64,000 nt of DNA, taken from contig DDTM01000021.1 of assembly GCA_002344075.1 (NCBI GenBank), positions 19,748-83,747 on the forward strand, read 5' to 3'. This document shows, piece after piece, positions 35,401 to 45,500 of the stretch. The position numbers were made by a program, and so were the translations under genes. The notes below the pieces were generated by a model. The model was not told the DNA's origin and searched no databases. It saw only the letters and a program-made list of their open reading frames with translations. Numbering within the stretch: the stretch's first letter is position 1; each line of letters starts with the position of its first letter. The DNA is from Bacteroidetes bacterium UBA2364. Lineage in GTDB: Bacteria; Bacteroidota; Rhodothermia; Rhodothermales; UBA2364.

Positions 35401-36086
35401 TAGGAACGAAGGTAGTTTAATAGGCCATTAGGCCCCAAGTGGAGCAAAAAATCCAATGCTGAGCGGGGGGGAAAGGTTGGGTTGGGATAGTTGGATGGCG
35501 TAGAAGGTGAAAAATGGTGCCATTCCACCTTAATTCTCGATGCTTCAAAATGGTTAATGGGTAAATAGCTTTTGCCCAACGGGCCGGATAGATAGGTGGT
35601 TGCGCCTGCTTTTTGGCATAATTCTAAAACCAATGCTCCTTTTGTTTGGGATGGTGAAAGTTCCGACGAAAAAAGAAGAGGCGTTTTTAGTGACAATGCC
35701 TCGGCAATTATTTGGGAACTTGCCAAACAAATGGTCCGAAAATCGGGCCATTGTGTGTGGTAAAATTCATCGAGTTCCTGTTCGAAATTCTTCCAAAAAC
35801 AAGTGTGGTAATACTGGTGCTGTAGTGTGCGCCAGTGCTTGATTTTCCAGTTTTGGCGTTCATCTACCTCAATTTGGTTGATGGGTAGGTTTCCAAAGCG
35901 TCCCTTGGTTTTGACTGGAATTGTGAGCCACTGCCAAGAATCACCACATCGGATTCGGTTGCGGTTTATAAACCATGACTTCTCGAACTGGACATGATCC
36001 AAGACAATATGTACATCGGACTTGAGGATCCGGTCGAAATAACCAAGCCAGGGCCAATATCCCGGTTGTGCAATCGAAACGACCAT
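35400..36086 (-). CDS. WbqC family protein
   Basis: QPGYWPWLGYFDRILKSDVHIVLDHVQFEKSWFINRNRI matches the WbqC-like family pattern. Its stop overlaps the next start (TAATG). Confidence 0.8.
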   Translation of the reverse strand: MVVSIAQPGYWPWLGYFDRILKSDVHIVLDHVQFEKSWFINRNRIRCGDSWQWLTIPVKTKGRFGNLPINQIEVDERQNWKIKHWRTLQHQYYHTCFWKNFEQELDEFYHTQWPDFRTICLASSQIIAEALSLKTPLLFSSELSPSQTKGALVLELCQKAGATTYLSGPLGKSYLPINHFEASRIKVEWHHFSPSTPSNYPNPTFPPRSALDFLLHLGPNGLLNYLRS

Positions 36087-36088
36087 GC

Positions 36089-37180
36089 TTAGGTGTGCGC
36101 CTCCAACCCATTGCTATTCAGGAATTCTACCACGTTTTTGACTTTTTGTGTGGCCTCTTTATGACAAACCAAAAGGGCATCTGGTGTATTGACTACAATA
36201 GTATCGTGCATTCCGACAACCGCCACCAATTTGTCACCTGCAAAAACCAAATTTCGGGTAGCGTCTTCACATACCACTTTACCTCGGAGGGCGTTTCCAT
36301 GCTGGTCTTTATCATTCAGATCATAAACCGCACGCCAGTCCCCCACATCGTTCCAACCAAAATTCCCGGGAACCACAAAGACCTTCTCGGCGGGTTCCAT
36401 AATGCCATAGTCCACAGATATTTTAGGGCTGGACTTAAATGCTTGGAAGACCATTTCGTTGCTGACCGATTGGGTGTCGCGGATGGGTTGAAAAGCCTCG
36501 GCGAGGTCGGGCATGTGTTTTTGAATTTCGGAGAGGATGGTGTCTGCACGCCAAACAAACATGCCGGAGTTCCATAAGAATTCCCCCGTAGCCAAAAAAC
36601 GTTCGGCGGTTTCGATGTCTGGCTTTTCGGCGAAGGCTTTTACCGGACATGCAACCAATCCGTCTTCATCAGCTTCATAGGTTTCAGTATGGAACTGGAT
36701 ATAACCATATCCTATTTCGGGATGCGTAGGTTCAATGCCAATTGTTACCAAACTACCAGGCTCCTGTGCTTGTGTAATGGCAGTTCTGAGCACTTGCTGA
36801 AAGCGCCGAACATTAGCGATTAAGTGGTCTGCAGGCAACACGATCATGGTTGCGTTCGGGTCTTTCTTATACAACTCGGCAGCCGCCCATGCGATACAAG
36901 GAGCTGTATTTCGGCTCATCGGCTCGCCCAATATGTTTTCCATCGGCAGGACGGGTAATTGTAACTGGGTGAGGGTTTTATATTGTTCGTTTGTTACGAC
37001 TATACAGTTTTCTGGAGCAACTAAGCCCGCCAGCCTTCCGAGTGTGGCCTGTATCATGGTGCCGCTTCCGAATACATCTAAGAACTGTTTGGGCTTGGCC
37101 TGACGGCTATGAGGCCAGAAACGGGTTCCAACGCCGCCTGCCATAATGACGGCAAATAGAGATTTAGAGGGTTGTTCCAT
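36089..37180 (-). CDS. Mannose-1-phosphate guanylyltransferase (nucleotidyltransferase domain only)
   Basis: The start is chosen at MEQPSKSLFAVIMAGGVGTRFWPHSRQAKPKQF (ATG at 37180). GxGxRxnK-type NTP-transferase signature. Confidence 0.85.
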   Translation of the reverse strand: MEQPSKSLFAVIMAGGVGTRFWPHSRQAKPKQFLDVFGSGTMIQATLGRLAGLVAPENCIVVTNEQYKTLTQLQLPVLPMENILGEPMSRNTAPCIAWAAAELYKKDPNATMIVLPADHLIANVRRFQQVLRTAITQAQEPGSLVTIGIEPTHPEIGYGYIQFHTETYEADEDGLVACPVKAFAEKPDIETAERFLATGEFLWNSGMFVWRADTILSEIQKHMPDLAEAFQPIRDTQSVSNEMVFQAFKSSPKISVDYGIMEPAEKVFVVPGNFGWNDVGDWRAVYDLNDKDQHGNALRGKVVCEDATRNLVFAGDKLVAVVGMHDTIVVNTPDALLVCHKEATQKVKNVVEFLNSNGLEAHT

Positions 37181-37251
37181 AAATGTTGATTTGTAGTTCG
37201 ATAAAACTGATCGTAATATACAACGAATCGTTGTCAAATTAATCTACAAGT

Positions 37252-38397
37252 ATGCGCCTTGCGCTGATTGGGATGGCCTCGGAGCCTCATTTCCGGAAAT
37301 GGCTGCCTGCATTGTCCGAACAGGGGGTTGAGGTACATCTTATTAGTTATCACGCCCTTGAGCAACCCATTAAAGGGGTGACGTATCATCAAGTTACACC
37401 GCCTTTTGTATCCAGAACAAGGTTCTGGTCCTATCATCTGTCGTCGGTAGCTCCTTTTAAGGCGATTCTAAACGAAATTCACCCAGATGTTCTTATGGGT
37501 TCTTTTGCTACACATTACGGTTGGATTGCGGCTCGGACAGGCTTTTCTCCGTTGGTACTAATGACATGGACACGTGATATAACTGTGCATCCATTCCAAG
37601 GGTTGTTGCAAAAATACTACCGCCATATTGTTTCTCGCATCATGAGCCAAGCAAACCTGGTGGTAACCGATGGCCCTGCTTTGGCAGATCTGGCCCGGAA
37701 ACTTTTTCCAGAATATGCTCCCAAGATTCAATCGCTATTATGGGGAATTCGCCTTTCTGATTATATATCTCCACTAGAGGATGTGAAAGAACTCCGAAAA
37801 AAATGGGGTATCCCCGAAGGAAAAATGGTACTCACAAGTGGCAGGGGGGTATATTTTTATTATCAGCCACAGGTTTTCTTGCCAGCAATGTTGCAATTGC
37901 TTGGCGAACGGGAGGATGTTTTTGTTATCGTTCTAACATTGGGACAAGAACGAACGCCACAAACGGACCTTCTGCTCAATCAATTGGCTATGCACCCGCG
38001 TGCATTGGTGGTTCAAACACGGTTACCGCTTGAGGAAGTCAGGGAGATTTGGGCAATTTCAGATTTTATGCTCTCTTGTCCGGAATATGATGGCGTTTCG
38101 GAGGCGGTGCTCGAATGCTTGGTGGCGGGAGCAATCCCACTGCTGAATGAGATCCCAAGTAATTGTAAATTGTTAGAAATTGGCGTAAGCGCTTTCATGT
38201 TAAAGGATCAATCTGTATCTTCCCTGTCTTTGGGGATAAATCAGAGTTTAAATACGCCACCTTCTGTTGTCGCATCCATGAAAGCCGAAAACCGTGAATT
38301 TGTTCACCAACATGCTTCAGTTGAGACCACCGCCCAAACCTTTACGCGCATGTTGTGTCAATTGACATCAGGTAGGTTACTAAAACATGAAGCATAA
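37252..38397 (+). CDS. GT-B fold glycosyltransferase (GT4-like)
   Basis: 381 aa. The C-terminal half carries an E(x7)E-like region (GVSEAVLECLVAGAIPL). It lies divergent from the manC-like operon. Confidence 0.7.
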   Translation: MRLALIGMASEPHFRKWLPALSEQGVEVHLISYHALEQPIKGVTYHQVTPPFVSRTRFWSYHLSSVAPFKAILNEIHPDVLMGSFATHYGWIAARTGFSPLVLMTWTRDITVHPFQGLLQKYYRHIVSRIMSQANLVVTDGPALADLARKLFPEYAPKIQSLLWGIRLSDYISPLEDVKELRKKWGIPEGKMVLTSGRGVYFYYQPQVFLPAMLQLLGEREDVFVIVLTLGQERTPQTDLLLNQLAMHPRALVVQTRLPLEEVREIWAISDFMLSCPEYDGVSEAVLECLVAGAIPLLNEIPSNCKLLEIGVSAFMLKDQSVSSLSLGINQSLNTPPSVVASMKAENREFVHQHASVETTAQTFTRMLCQLTSGRLLKHEA

Positions 38398-38403
38398 ATC
38401 AAT

Positions 38404-39426
38404 ATGACTCATCAAAACGAACGGCATTGCCTCATAACAGGCGGTGCGGGCTTTATTGGTTCGCACCTTGCCGAGGCTTTACTTAAAGAAGGTTGCGCTG
38501 TTACAGTTGTGGACAACTTGACAACCGGGCGCCAAGCCAATTTAGCAAAAGCACTTTCGCATCCCAATTTTCGATTTGTAAAATTAGATGTTGCCAATCG
38601 TGAATTAATGGCCCCTTTGGTTGCCCAAAGCACCGAAGTATATCATTTGGCTTCGTATGTTGGGGTTCGCCTTGCTGCATACCCCTCCAGTTCCCATATT
38701 CTCAATAACTTACGGGCAATAGATAACATGCTGGACCTGGTCACCCATTACCGGACCAAGTTCCAACTTAGTTCTACCTCCGAGGTATATGGCAAGGCAA
38801 TGGACGTGCAAAATGGTCAGGTTACAAGCCTGAAAGAAGATACGGATCGGATCTATGGCCCCACCAATATACACCGCTGGTCTTATTCGGGCATAAAGGC
38901 GATAGAAGAGTTTCTGACGCTCGCCAAATACCATGAAGAAGGAATAAATGCCGTTATTGTTAGGCTGTTTAATGTCGTTGGGCCACGCCAGATTGGACAA
39001 AATGGCATGGTTATTCCGCGTTTTATTCAACAAGCCCTACAAGGTGAACCGATCACTGTCTATGGGGATGGCGCCCAGCAGCGGTGCTTTTCATATATTG
39101 GGGACGTGGTTAGGTGCATGATAGACCTGATGAAAACGCCCGGAGCGTCTGGCGAAATATTTAATATTGGCAACCATATTCCGGTTAGTATATTAGAATT
39201 GGCGCATAAAATTAAAGAATTTACAGGAAGTCGTTCGGAGATTGTACTCGTACCGATCGAAAAGGCGTTTGGTACTTCGTTCGAGGATGTCTTGCTGCGG
39301 ATTCCAAATGTAGATAAGCTCAAAAAACAACTGGGCTATCATCCTACAACAGGATTAGACCAAGTTTTAATAGAACTTATTGAAGAAGCTGAAAAGATGA
39401 TCCACCCATATAGCGTAAGACATTGA
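38404..39426 (+). CDS. NAD-dependent sugar-nucleotide epimerase/dehydratase (extended SDR)
   Basis: Rossmann motif ITGGAGFIGSHL, catalytic STSEVYG and YSGIK (YxxxK). Confidence 0.85.
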   Translation: MTHQNERHCLITGGAGFIGSHLAEALLKEGCAVTVVDNLTTGRQANLAKALSHPNFRFVKLDVANRELMAPLVAQSTEVYHLASYVGVRLAAYPSSSHILNNLRAIDNMLDLVTHYRTKFQLSSTSEVYGKAMDVQNGQVTSLKEDTDRIYGPTNIHRWSYSGIKAIEEFLTLAKYHEEGINAVIVRLFNVVGPRQIGQNGMVIPRFIQQALQGEPITVYGDGAQQRCFSYIGDVVRCMIDLMKTPGASGEIFNIGNHIPVSILELAHKIKEFTGSRSEIVLVPIEKAFGTSFEDVLLRIPNVDKLKKQLGYHPTTGLDQVLIELIEEAEKMIHPYSVRH

Positions 39427-40568
39427 GCGAACAAGCCTTTATCCCCTACAGTTGCCAGCAAATCACGCAAGAGGACATAGAGGCCGTCCAAGAGGCTTTA
39501 GCATCGGCGTTTATCTCGCAAGGCCCTGTTCTGGGAAGATTCGAGGCGGACTTTGCAAAAAAGGTGGAAGCACAATTTGCCGTTGGATACAGTTCTGGAA
39601 CGGCGGCATTGCACGGTCTCTGCATGGCCGTTGGCTTAAAAGAAGGAGACGAGGTTGTCGTTCCGGCACTCACCTTTGCGGGAACTTCAAATGCCATTCT
39701 ATACACCGGAGCTAAGCCCGTATTTGCAGATATTGATCCTATATCCCTTTGCTTGGCGCCACAGTCGGTGAAGGCTTGTTTATCACCCAGAACCCGCGCT
39801 ATTCTTACCGTGGACTTTGCGGGCCATCCAAGTCCTTATCGCGAGTTACGCGAACTGGCAGACTGCCATCAGGTTCTTCTGCTCTCGGATGCCGCGCACG
39901 CACCCGGAGGGCGTTATTTGGGTAAGGCCATTGGTAGTGATTTGGCAGACATGACCGCCTTCAGTTTTAATCCCGTCAAAAATATCTCGACAGCAGAAGG
40001 GGGAATGGTAACCACCAATCATCCTGAATATGCTACCAAGTTACAAATGGCACGTACTCATGGTATGACCAGAGACGAGGATTTATTGGTTTTCCCATCG
40101 GAAGGTGGTTGGTATTATGAGCAACAGTTTTTGGGATTTAATTATAAATTAAGTGAATTGGGTGCAGCCTTGGGTGTTCAACAACTAAAAAGGCTGGATA
40201 TTTATAACAACCGAAGAAGAGAAATTGCAACACTTTATACAGAACAATTAAGTGATTTACCGCTCATACTCCCAAACGATTCCCCGAACGGATTTCACAC
40301 CCGCCACCTATATCCCATTCGATTGAGGGAGGATGCAAAAATAGAGCGGGCGAATCTTTTTAAGGAGCTACAAAGTCAAAAAATTGGGGTTCAAGTACAT
40401 TATATTCCTGTACCTTATCATCCCTATTATCGTGGATTGGGATATCAGATGGAGCAATTACCAGAAACGGAAAAATATTATCGTTCTGCAATAAGTATTC
40501 CATTACATGCAGGTCTAAAAGAAATTGAAATAGAGCGAGTTATTAGGACCATCCGTTCATGCCTTTAA
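39423..40568 (+). CDS. DegT/DnrJ/EryC1/StrS family sugar aminotransferase (PseC-like)
   Basis: IPYSCQQITQEDIEAVQEAL...SQGP. The PLP-lysine context is FSFNPVKNISTAEGGMV. The TTG start overlaps the preceding stop. Confidence 0.9.
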   Translation: MSEQAFIPYSCQQITQEDIEAVQEALASAFISQGPVLGRFEADFAKKVEAQFAVGYSSGTAALHGLCMAVGLKEGDEVVVPALTFAGTSNAILYTGAKPVFADIDPISLCLAPQSVKACLSPRTRAILTVDFAGHPSPYRELRELADCHQVLLLSDAAHAPGGRYLGKAIGSDLADMTAFSFNPVKNISTAEGGMVTTNHPEYATKLQMARTHGMTRDEDLLVFPSEGGWYYEQQFLGFNYKLSELGAALGVQQLKRLDIYNNRRREIATLYTEQLSDLPLILPNDSPNGFHTRHLYPIRLREDAKIERANLFKELQSQKIGVQVHYIPVPYHPYYRGLGYQMEQLPETEKYYRSAISIPLHAGLKEIEIERVIRTIRSCL

Positions 40569-41704
40569 GTTCAGAAATACGTGTTGTACACCTGACAACC
40601 GTACACCGTTTACGAGATCCACGTATTTTTTATAAACAAATCCCCACGCTCCAGTCCGCTGGATACGAGGTGTTTTTGATGGCACAACATCCACAAGATG
40701 AAGTTGTTGAAGGTGTCCAAGTAATAGGGCTAACTCCCACTCAAGGGCGTTTATCGCGGATGTTACTTTGGAAGGAGGCGTGTCAAAAAATAAAAAAACT
40801 TCGTCCACATATTGTTCATTTCCACGACCCAGAACTAATCTTACTTGCATTTTGGATTAAAAAAAGATTGAAGTGTAAGGTTGTTTATGATATTCATGAA
40901 GATTATCTTATGAAGAATAAATTTCCTGAAAATCATATAGTTCGTTTACTAGAGAAGATAGGTTTTAACATTTTTGATGCTTTAATAATTGCTAATGAGG
41001 AATATATCAATTTTTTAGGTTCATATTTTGAAAAAGTTTTTTTGGTAGATAATTTTCCTTTAATCATGCATGATGAAAACAAGAATATAAAATGTCATAA
41101 ACAAGAAAATGTAATCCGGTTACTCTATGCAGGGGTCTTAGGAAAACAACGTGGCTTGGAGTTTTTGGTGTCGCTTACCATGGAAATAAAGCGGAGGAAA
41201 TTACCATGGAAAATGGTTTGGGCAGGCATGTGCATCAATCAAACAGAGCGGGAGGCCGCCGACGAGCAAATTAAGGATGTAGTGGAGGAGGGCATTCTGG
41301 AATTGCATGGCTGGCATACCTACCTGCCTTATGATAAAATTTCAGTTGAAGTAGATCAGGCATTTGTGGGCTTGTGTTTGATGGAACCCCATGCATGGTG
41401 GCCCATTCCCACGAAGTTTTATGAGTATGCTACTTCGGGGTTACCACTCATTTGTACAGATACGCCCGTTTGGCGGGATTGGGTTGAAGCCCACAGCTTG
41501 GGGGCGGTAGTCCCATATGGCGATCCAGAAGCGGTCATTAGGTTGGTTCAAGAATGGCTGGATGATCCCAATAAATATGCTAACATATCAGAAAAAGCAG
41601 AAAAAGCCGGAAAGCAATTTACTTGGTCAACTGCCGGAGCGGTCTTGCTTGCGGCTTATCGCCGCCTTGAAGGAGAAATATCTTCGCTAAGCAACGGCCA
41701 ATAG
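40559..41704 (+). CDS. GT-B fold glycosyltransferase (GT4-like) with an internal AT-rich patch
   Basis: N-terminus IRVVHLTTVHRLRDPRIFYKQIPTLQSAGYEV and the C-terminal FYEYATSGLPLICTD region. It overlaps the upstream gene by 10 nt. Confidence 0.8.
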   Translation: MPLSSEIRVVHLTTVHRLRDPRIFYKQIPTLQSAGYEVFLMAQHPQDEVVEGVQVIGLTPTQGRLSRMLLWKEACQKIKKLRPHIVHFHDPELILLAFWIKKRLKCKVVYDIHEDYLMKNKFPENHIVRLLEKIGFNIFDALIIANEEYINFLGSYFEKVFLVDNFPLIMHDENKNIKCHKQENVIRLLYAGVLGKQRGLEFLVSLTMEIKRRKLPWKMVWAGMCINQTEREAADEQIKDVVEEGILELHGWHTYLPYDKISVEVDQAFVGLCLMEPHAWWPIPTKFYEYATSGLPLICTDTPVWRDWVEAHSLGAVVPYGDPEAVIRLVQEWLDDPNKYANISEKAEKAGKQFTWSTAGAVLLAAYRRLEGEISSLSNGQ

Positions 41705-41944
41705 GGCATCTTGATGTAACATTTGTGAGATTCTATTAATTTTTAGGGGCCAAATCATACCAAAGATGGGCATAGCAAGGTCGTCAACACTTGCAAACAA
41801 AAGGGCTTGTTTCTGTATGCGGAAGACGTGAAATAAACAAACTACCGTAATAATGAATGAGTTGAGACTCACCTTCGAGGCCACAATTAGAACCCTATGT
41901 TCATAAAAGTGCGTGAGATTGTACTTGGTTTGGTGAATTTTTTT

Positions 41945-41973
41945 AAAAAAAGGGTGATATAATATCACCCTTT
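41945..41973 (-). terminator. Rho-independent terminator (minus strand; A7/T7 flanks may make it bidirectional)
   Basis: Minus strand: AAAGGGTGATAT-T-ATATCACCC followed by TTTTTTT. It lies 15 nt below the stop of the LTxxQ protein gene. Confidence 0.75.
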
Positions 41974-41987
41974 ACGTAAGCAATGGA

Positions 41988-42365
41988 TTATTGTCCGCCG
42001 CGTCTTCCACCGCCTTGTCCGCGCATTTCTTGTAGCATTTCCCGATATTTGGTCATTTGTTGTTCCGTTAACACTTTGGAAAGTGCCGTATTGGTTTTTT
42101 CCCTCATTTCTTGAAAGGCTTCGCGCATCCCCGGACCCCCAAAGCCATTTTTCATGAGTGTCCAGCGCTCTAAGGCTGCATTTTTCAGAATGTTTTGGCA
42201 GGCCGTTGCTTGTTCGGGAGTTAGGGCTAAGTTGGTTTTCATTTGTTCGGCCTGTTCGAGGGCACGTTGAACCACGGTCGCGGAGTCGGGTGGGGCACCC
42301 CCACCACGTTGTGCATAGGTTATTGGTGCGAGTAAAAGCATGAATAGGAAGAGTCGTTTTTTCAT
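41988..42365 (-). CDS. Periplasmic LTxxQ-motif protein (Spy/CpxP-like)
   Basis: The start is chosen at the signal peptide MKKRLFLFMLLLAPITYAQ (ATG at 42365). Two LTxxQ motifs (LTPEQ, LTEQQ) sit in a helical Q/E/M-rich protein with a Gly/Arg tail. Confidence 0.6.
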   Translation of the reverse strand: MKKRLFLFMLLLAPITYAQRGGGAPPDSATVVQRALEQAEQMKTNLALTPEQATACQNILKNAALERWTLMKNGFGGPGMREAFQEMREKTNTALSKVLTEQQMTKYREMLQEMRGQGGGRRGGQ

Positions 42366-42448
42366 CGTCGTTGTGGATTGGTGAATGTGAGACGGAGGTT
42401 GGGTAAAATACGAATAAACAAATTGTAAAATCATGTCGGAATGGTGTC

Positions 42449-42482
42449 AAAAAAAGCCGCCTATCGGGGAATAGACGGCTTT
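42449..42482 (-). terminator. Rho-independent terminator of the alpha-2-macroglobulin gene
   Basis: Minus strand: GCCGTCTAT-TCCCCG-ATAGGCGGC (one mismatch) followed by TTTTTTT. Confidence 0.75.
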
Positions 42483-42504
42483 GAGAATCGTGATGTGGAG
42501 GTTG

Positions 42505-45500
42505 TTAGTTGCGCACTTGTACCCGCACGCCTTCGGAATGACTGGCAAATTCCGGGGCATACATACATTGTATGCTCGTGATGCCCGTCGAGAAGTCGCC
42601 TGCATGGGTTACGCGCAGGGCGTATTCAAATACATAAGTTCCCGGATTCATCCAGCCGATGAAGAAATTGGTGGCGGCATCGCGGGTGGATTCATAATAT
42701 CCCAATCCATCTTGATAGCGGTAGCCACTTATCACATTTTCCGGCTCGAATCCAGCGGCCCGCATGTCTTTCAAGTGTACGTATTCCATCGCCCGATCTA
42801 CGCGGAGTACCAGTCGCACCTTGATCCTGTCTCCGGCCTTAAGCGGGGTGTTTGTGGTGATAGGTGCAAGGGTAGGGCCGTTGGGCGTATTGCGCTCCAC
42901 CGATAGGATTCTTTCCAATTTGAGCGGGGTAGCCGCTGGTGTGATTTTATCCAACTGCTCAAAGTACTGCCAATACACCGCACCCCATGCGGCGCTTGTT
43001 CCGGTTTTATTTACCGTAATCTTGCCCATTTCAGGTTTGATTTCGGTTGCAGGAATCGTCGTTTTGAAGTACCCTGTTCCAGCTTGGGAGCGAATAGTGG
43101 GATCGGTTTGTGGATCAAGGACTTTGCTTCCTATGGTAATTTTCGCGTTTTGCTGTTGTGCCAAAAGGTCGGTTCCGCGCAGGAGTAAAGCATAAACCGC
43201 ATTGGCTGTAGCGGTTGTGGTTTTCCAATCCTGTGTTTGTTTTTGTTTGAGCAACCAGAGTTTTAGGTCTTCTACGGCTTGCGCATCATTGGCTACTTTG
43301 TGAAAAACCTCGATCATCAAGGCGTGTGTCTCGATGGGCGCTTGATACCACCAATAACCGGATTCACCCTTCCAATACATGCCCATTTCTTTGTTGTTGA
43401 TACTTCGTTCTCTTAGAGATACCACCACTTTATTCGGGACTTCGGTCTCGCCGTAGTTGTGTAGGCCAATGGCGATCATCCCTTGCATATAAGGCGACTT
43501 GGCCAACCAATGTTTTTTTGCCTGATCAAAGAAGTAGTCAAAGGCTTCTTTTTGTTTACTATTCATTTCTATGTTGCGGAAATTACCACGGGCATATAAA
43601 TGATAGATTTGGAAATAGCTCAGGTTGTCGTTTTTCAGGTTTCCATTTTGTACAATCCAAGCATAGTCTTTGCGGTTTTGTTCGTCTAAGTATTGTACGG
43701 CGCGTGCCACCATATCTTTTGCCTCGGTACTCATGGCGTCATAAACCCCCAGTTGTTTGAGGCGGGCAAAACCGGAGACGATGTGTTGTGTGACCCATTG
43801 GCTTGGCTCCATACCTTTGAACCACGGCCATGCACCATTAGAAAGTTGCATTTCGCGTAACTTTCGCATGGTTCCTTCCAATTCGCTGGCCATACGTGCG
43901 GTATCGAACAGTAATCCAATTCGTTTTTTCCGTTCTTGCTCGTCGTTTGACTGGAAGACCCACGGAGTTTCTTCTAAGAGAACCGACTTAAGCTCTTGGT
44001 TTTTTTCCAGATTTGATAGGAAGGTTTCTTTGTCGGTGGTTTGCCATTGACGGAAAATTTCCTGAATTTTAGGTTGTTTGGCCACAATATGGCTGGCAAT
44101 GGCATTGGCGTAGAATCGTGTGAAGGTTTGTTCGGCGCATTCATATGGGTACTCCATCATGTAAGGAATGGCTTGTACTGCATACCAAATGGGATTGGGC
44201 GTAAACTCTACTGTGAGCGATTGATGCCGCAACGTGGTGGAAGTGTTGTTCAGGAGTTTATTGAAAGTAAAGCGGGTTTCTCCAGCATTTCGGACGGGAA
44301 GCGGCAAAGATTCGGTGACCAACATCCGATTGGTTAGGACAGGCAAGGCGGCCTCTTCGCCATCGGTGAAAGTACCTGCTTTGGCAACCACGCGGTATGT
44401 GATGGCCGAGATGCCTTCCGGAACCTTAAGCGACCACGCGAGGAGGGCATTGCCTTGTTTTTTGGCTGTAAAGTCCACTTGAGGTTTGGAATTACCAAAT
44501 TTGGCATCAATGGGCTGATTGGTAAGTGCATCAAACAGGAAGAGCTGTGCCTGCCCATTCAAGTCTTGTTCGGAGAGGTTGTCCACTTTGGCAGTAAAAG
44601 TGATGGTGTCGTTTTCGCGGAAGAAACGGGGGGCGTTTGGTGTAACCATCAAGTCTTTTTGCGTAACCACAGACTCGCGGATTTGTCCGGTACTGAGGTC
44701 TTTGGTGTGGGCAAAACCGAGGAGATTCCACCGTGTGAGGGCTTCCGGCATGGTAAAGACCAGCACCACCTCGCCCGCCTCGTTGGTACGGAGTTGGGGC
44801 AAGAAGAAGGCGGTTTCGTTTAAATTGGTACGGGCTTTTACTTCACCAAGATCATTTTTGGGCTTTCCGCCGGAGGGTTCATTTGGTGCATTAGATTGGC
44901 CAGCGGGCGGTGGCGGTGGGGCGGCTTCATCCGCCACTTCAGCAGAGGCCATATCTCTTGCGGCCATCGAGGCCGAGGCCGGCATATGAGGGACTGCTTT
45001 GGCAAAAAATATTCCATCGCGGTTTCTACGACCGCCGCCATTGTATTCCATTTCTTCAAGTGCCCAAGTCAGTTTATACGACATCTTAATGCCTTTATCT
45101 GCCGCAAGCAAGACGGGGGTGAGTGCAGTTGTGTATTGGACATGCCAGACCCGTACTACATATGCACCTGGCTTGAGGTTACTGAATGCAAATTGGCCTT
45201 TTGCATCCGTATTGGTCGTGAATTCCGTGTTTTCGAGGCTCACGACTGCGTTTGGGATGGCTTTTTTACCTGCATTATCATAAACCATACCGGTGATGGT
45301 TCCAGCCGCTGCGGTTCCGCTCACGGCATTCATGAAGTTCGGCCAATCGGTCAGGCTGTTTTCGTCTTCAAACTGGAGTTTATCATAGGTACGTTGTGGT
45401 ACTGATTCTGCTGGATCTGTTTTCGACCAAGCGAGATGGGCTGTACCAAAGAGGGCAGTCCCCCAAGCCATTCTGGGTGCGGTGTAGTTCCAGAGGCTCA

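Noticed and set aside
41687-41968. A 93-aa minus-strand ORF in the spacer after the glycosyltransferase gene.
   Set aside because: It is AT-rich and begins inside the terminator hairpin. It has no motifs or signal and is most likely non-coding spacer.
41965-42450. A 161-aa ORF in an alternative frame over the LTxxQ protein gene.
   Set aside because: Its translation is Arg/Thr/Pro-rich with no features. The other frame gives a signal peptide and LTxxQ motifs.
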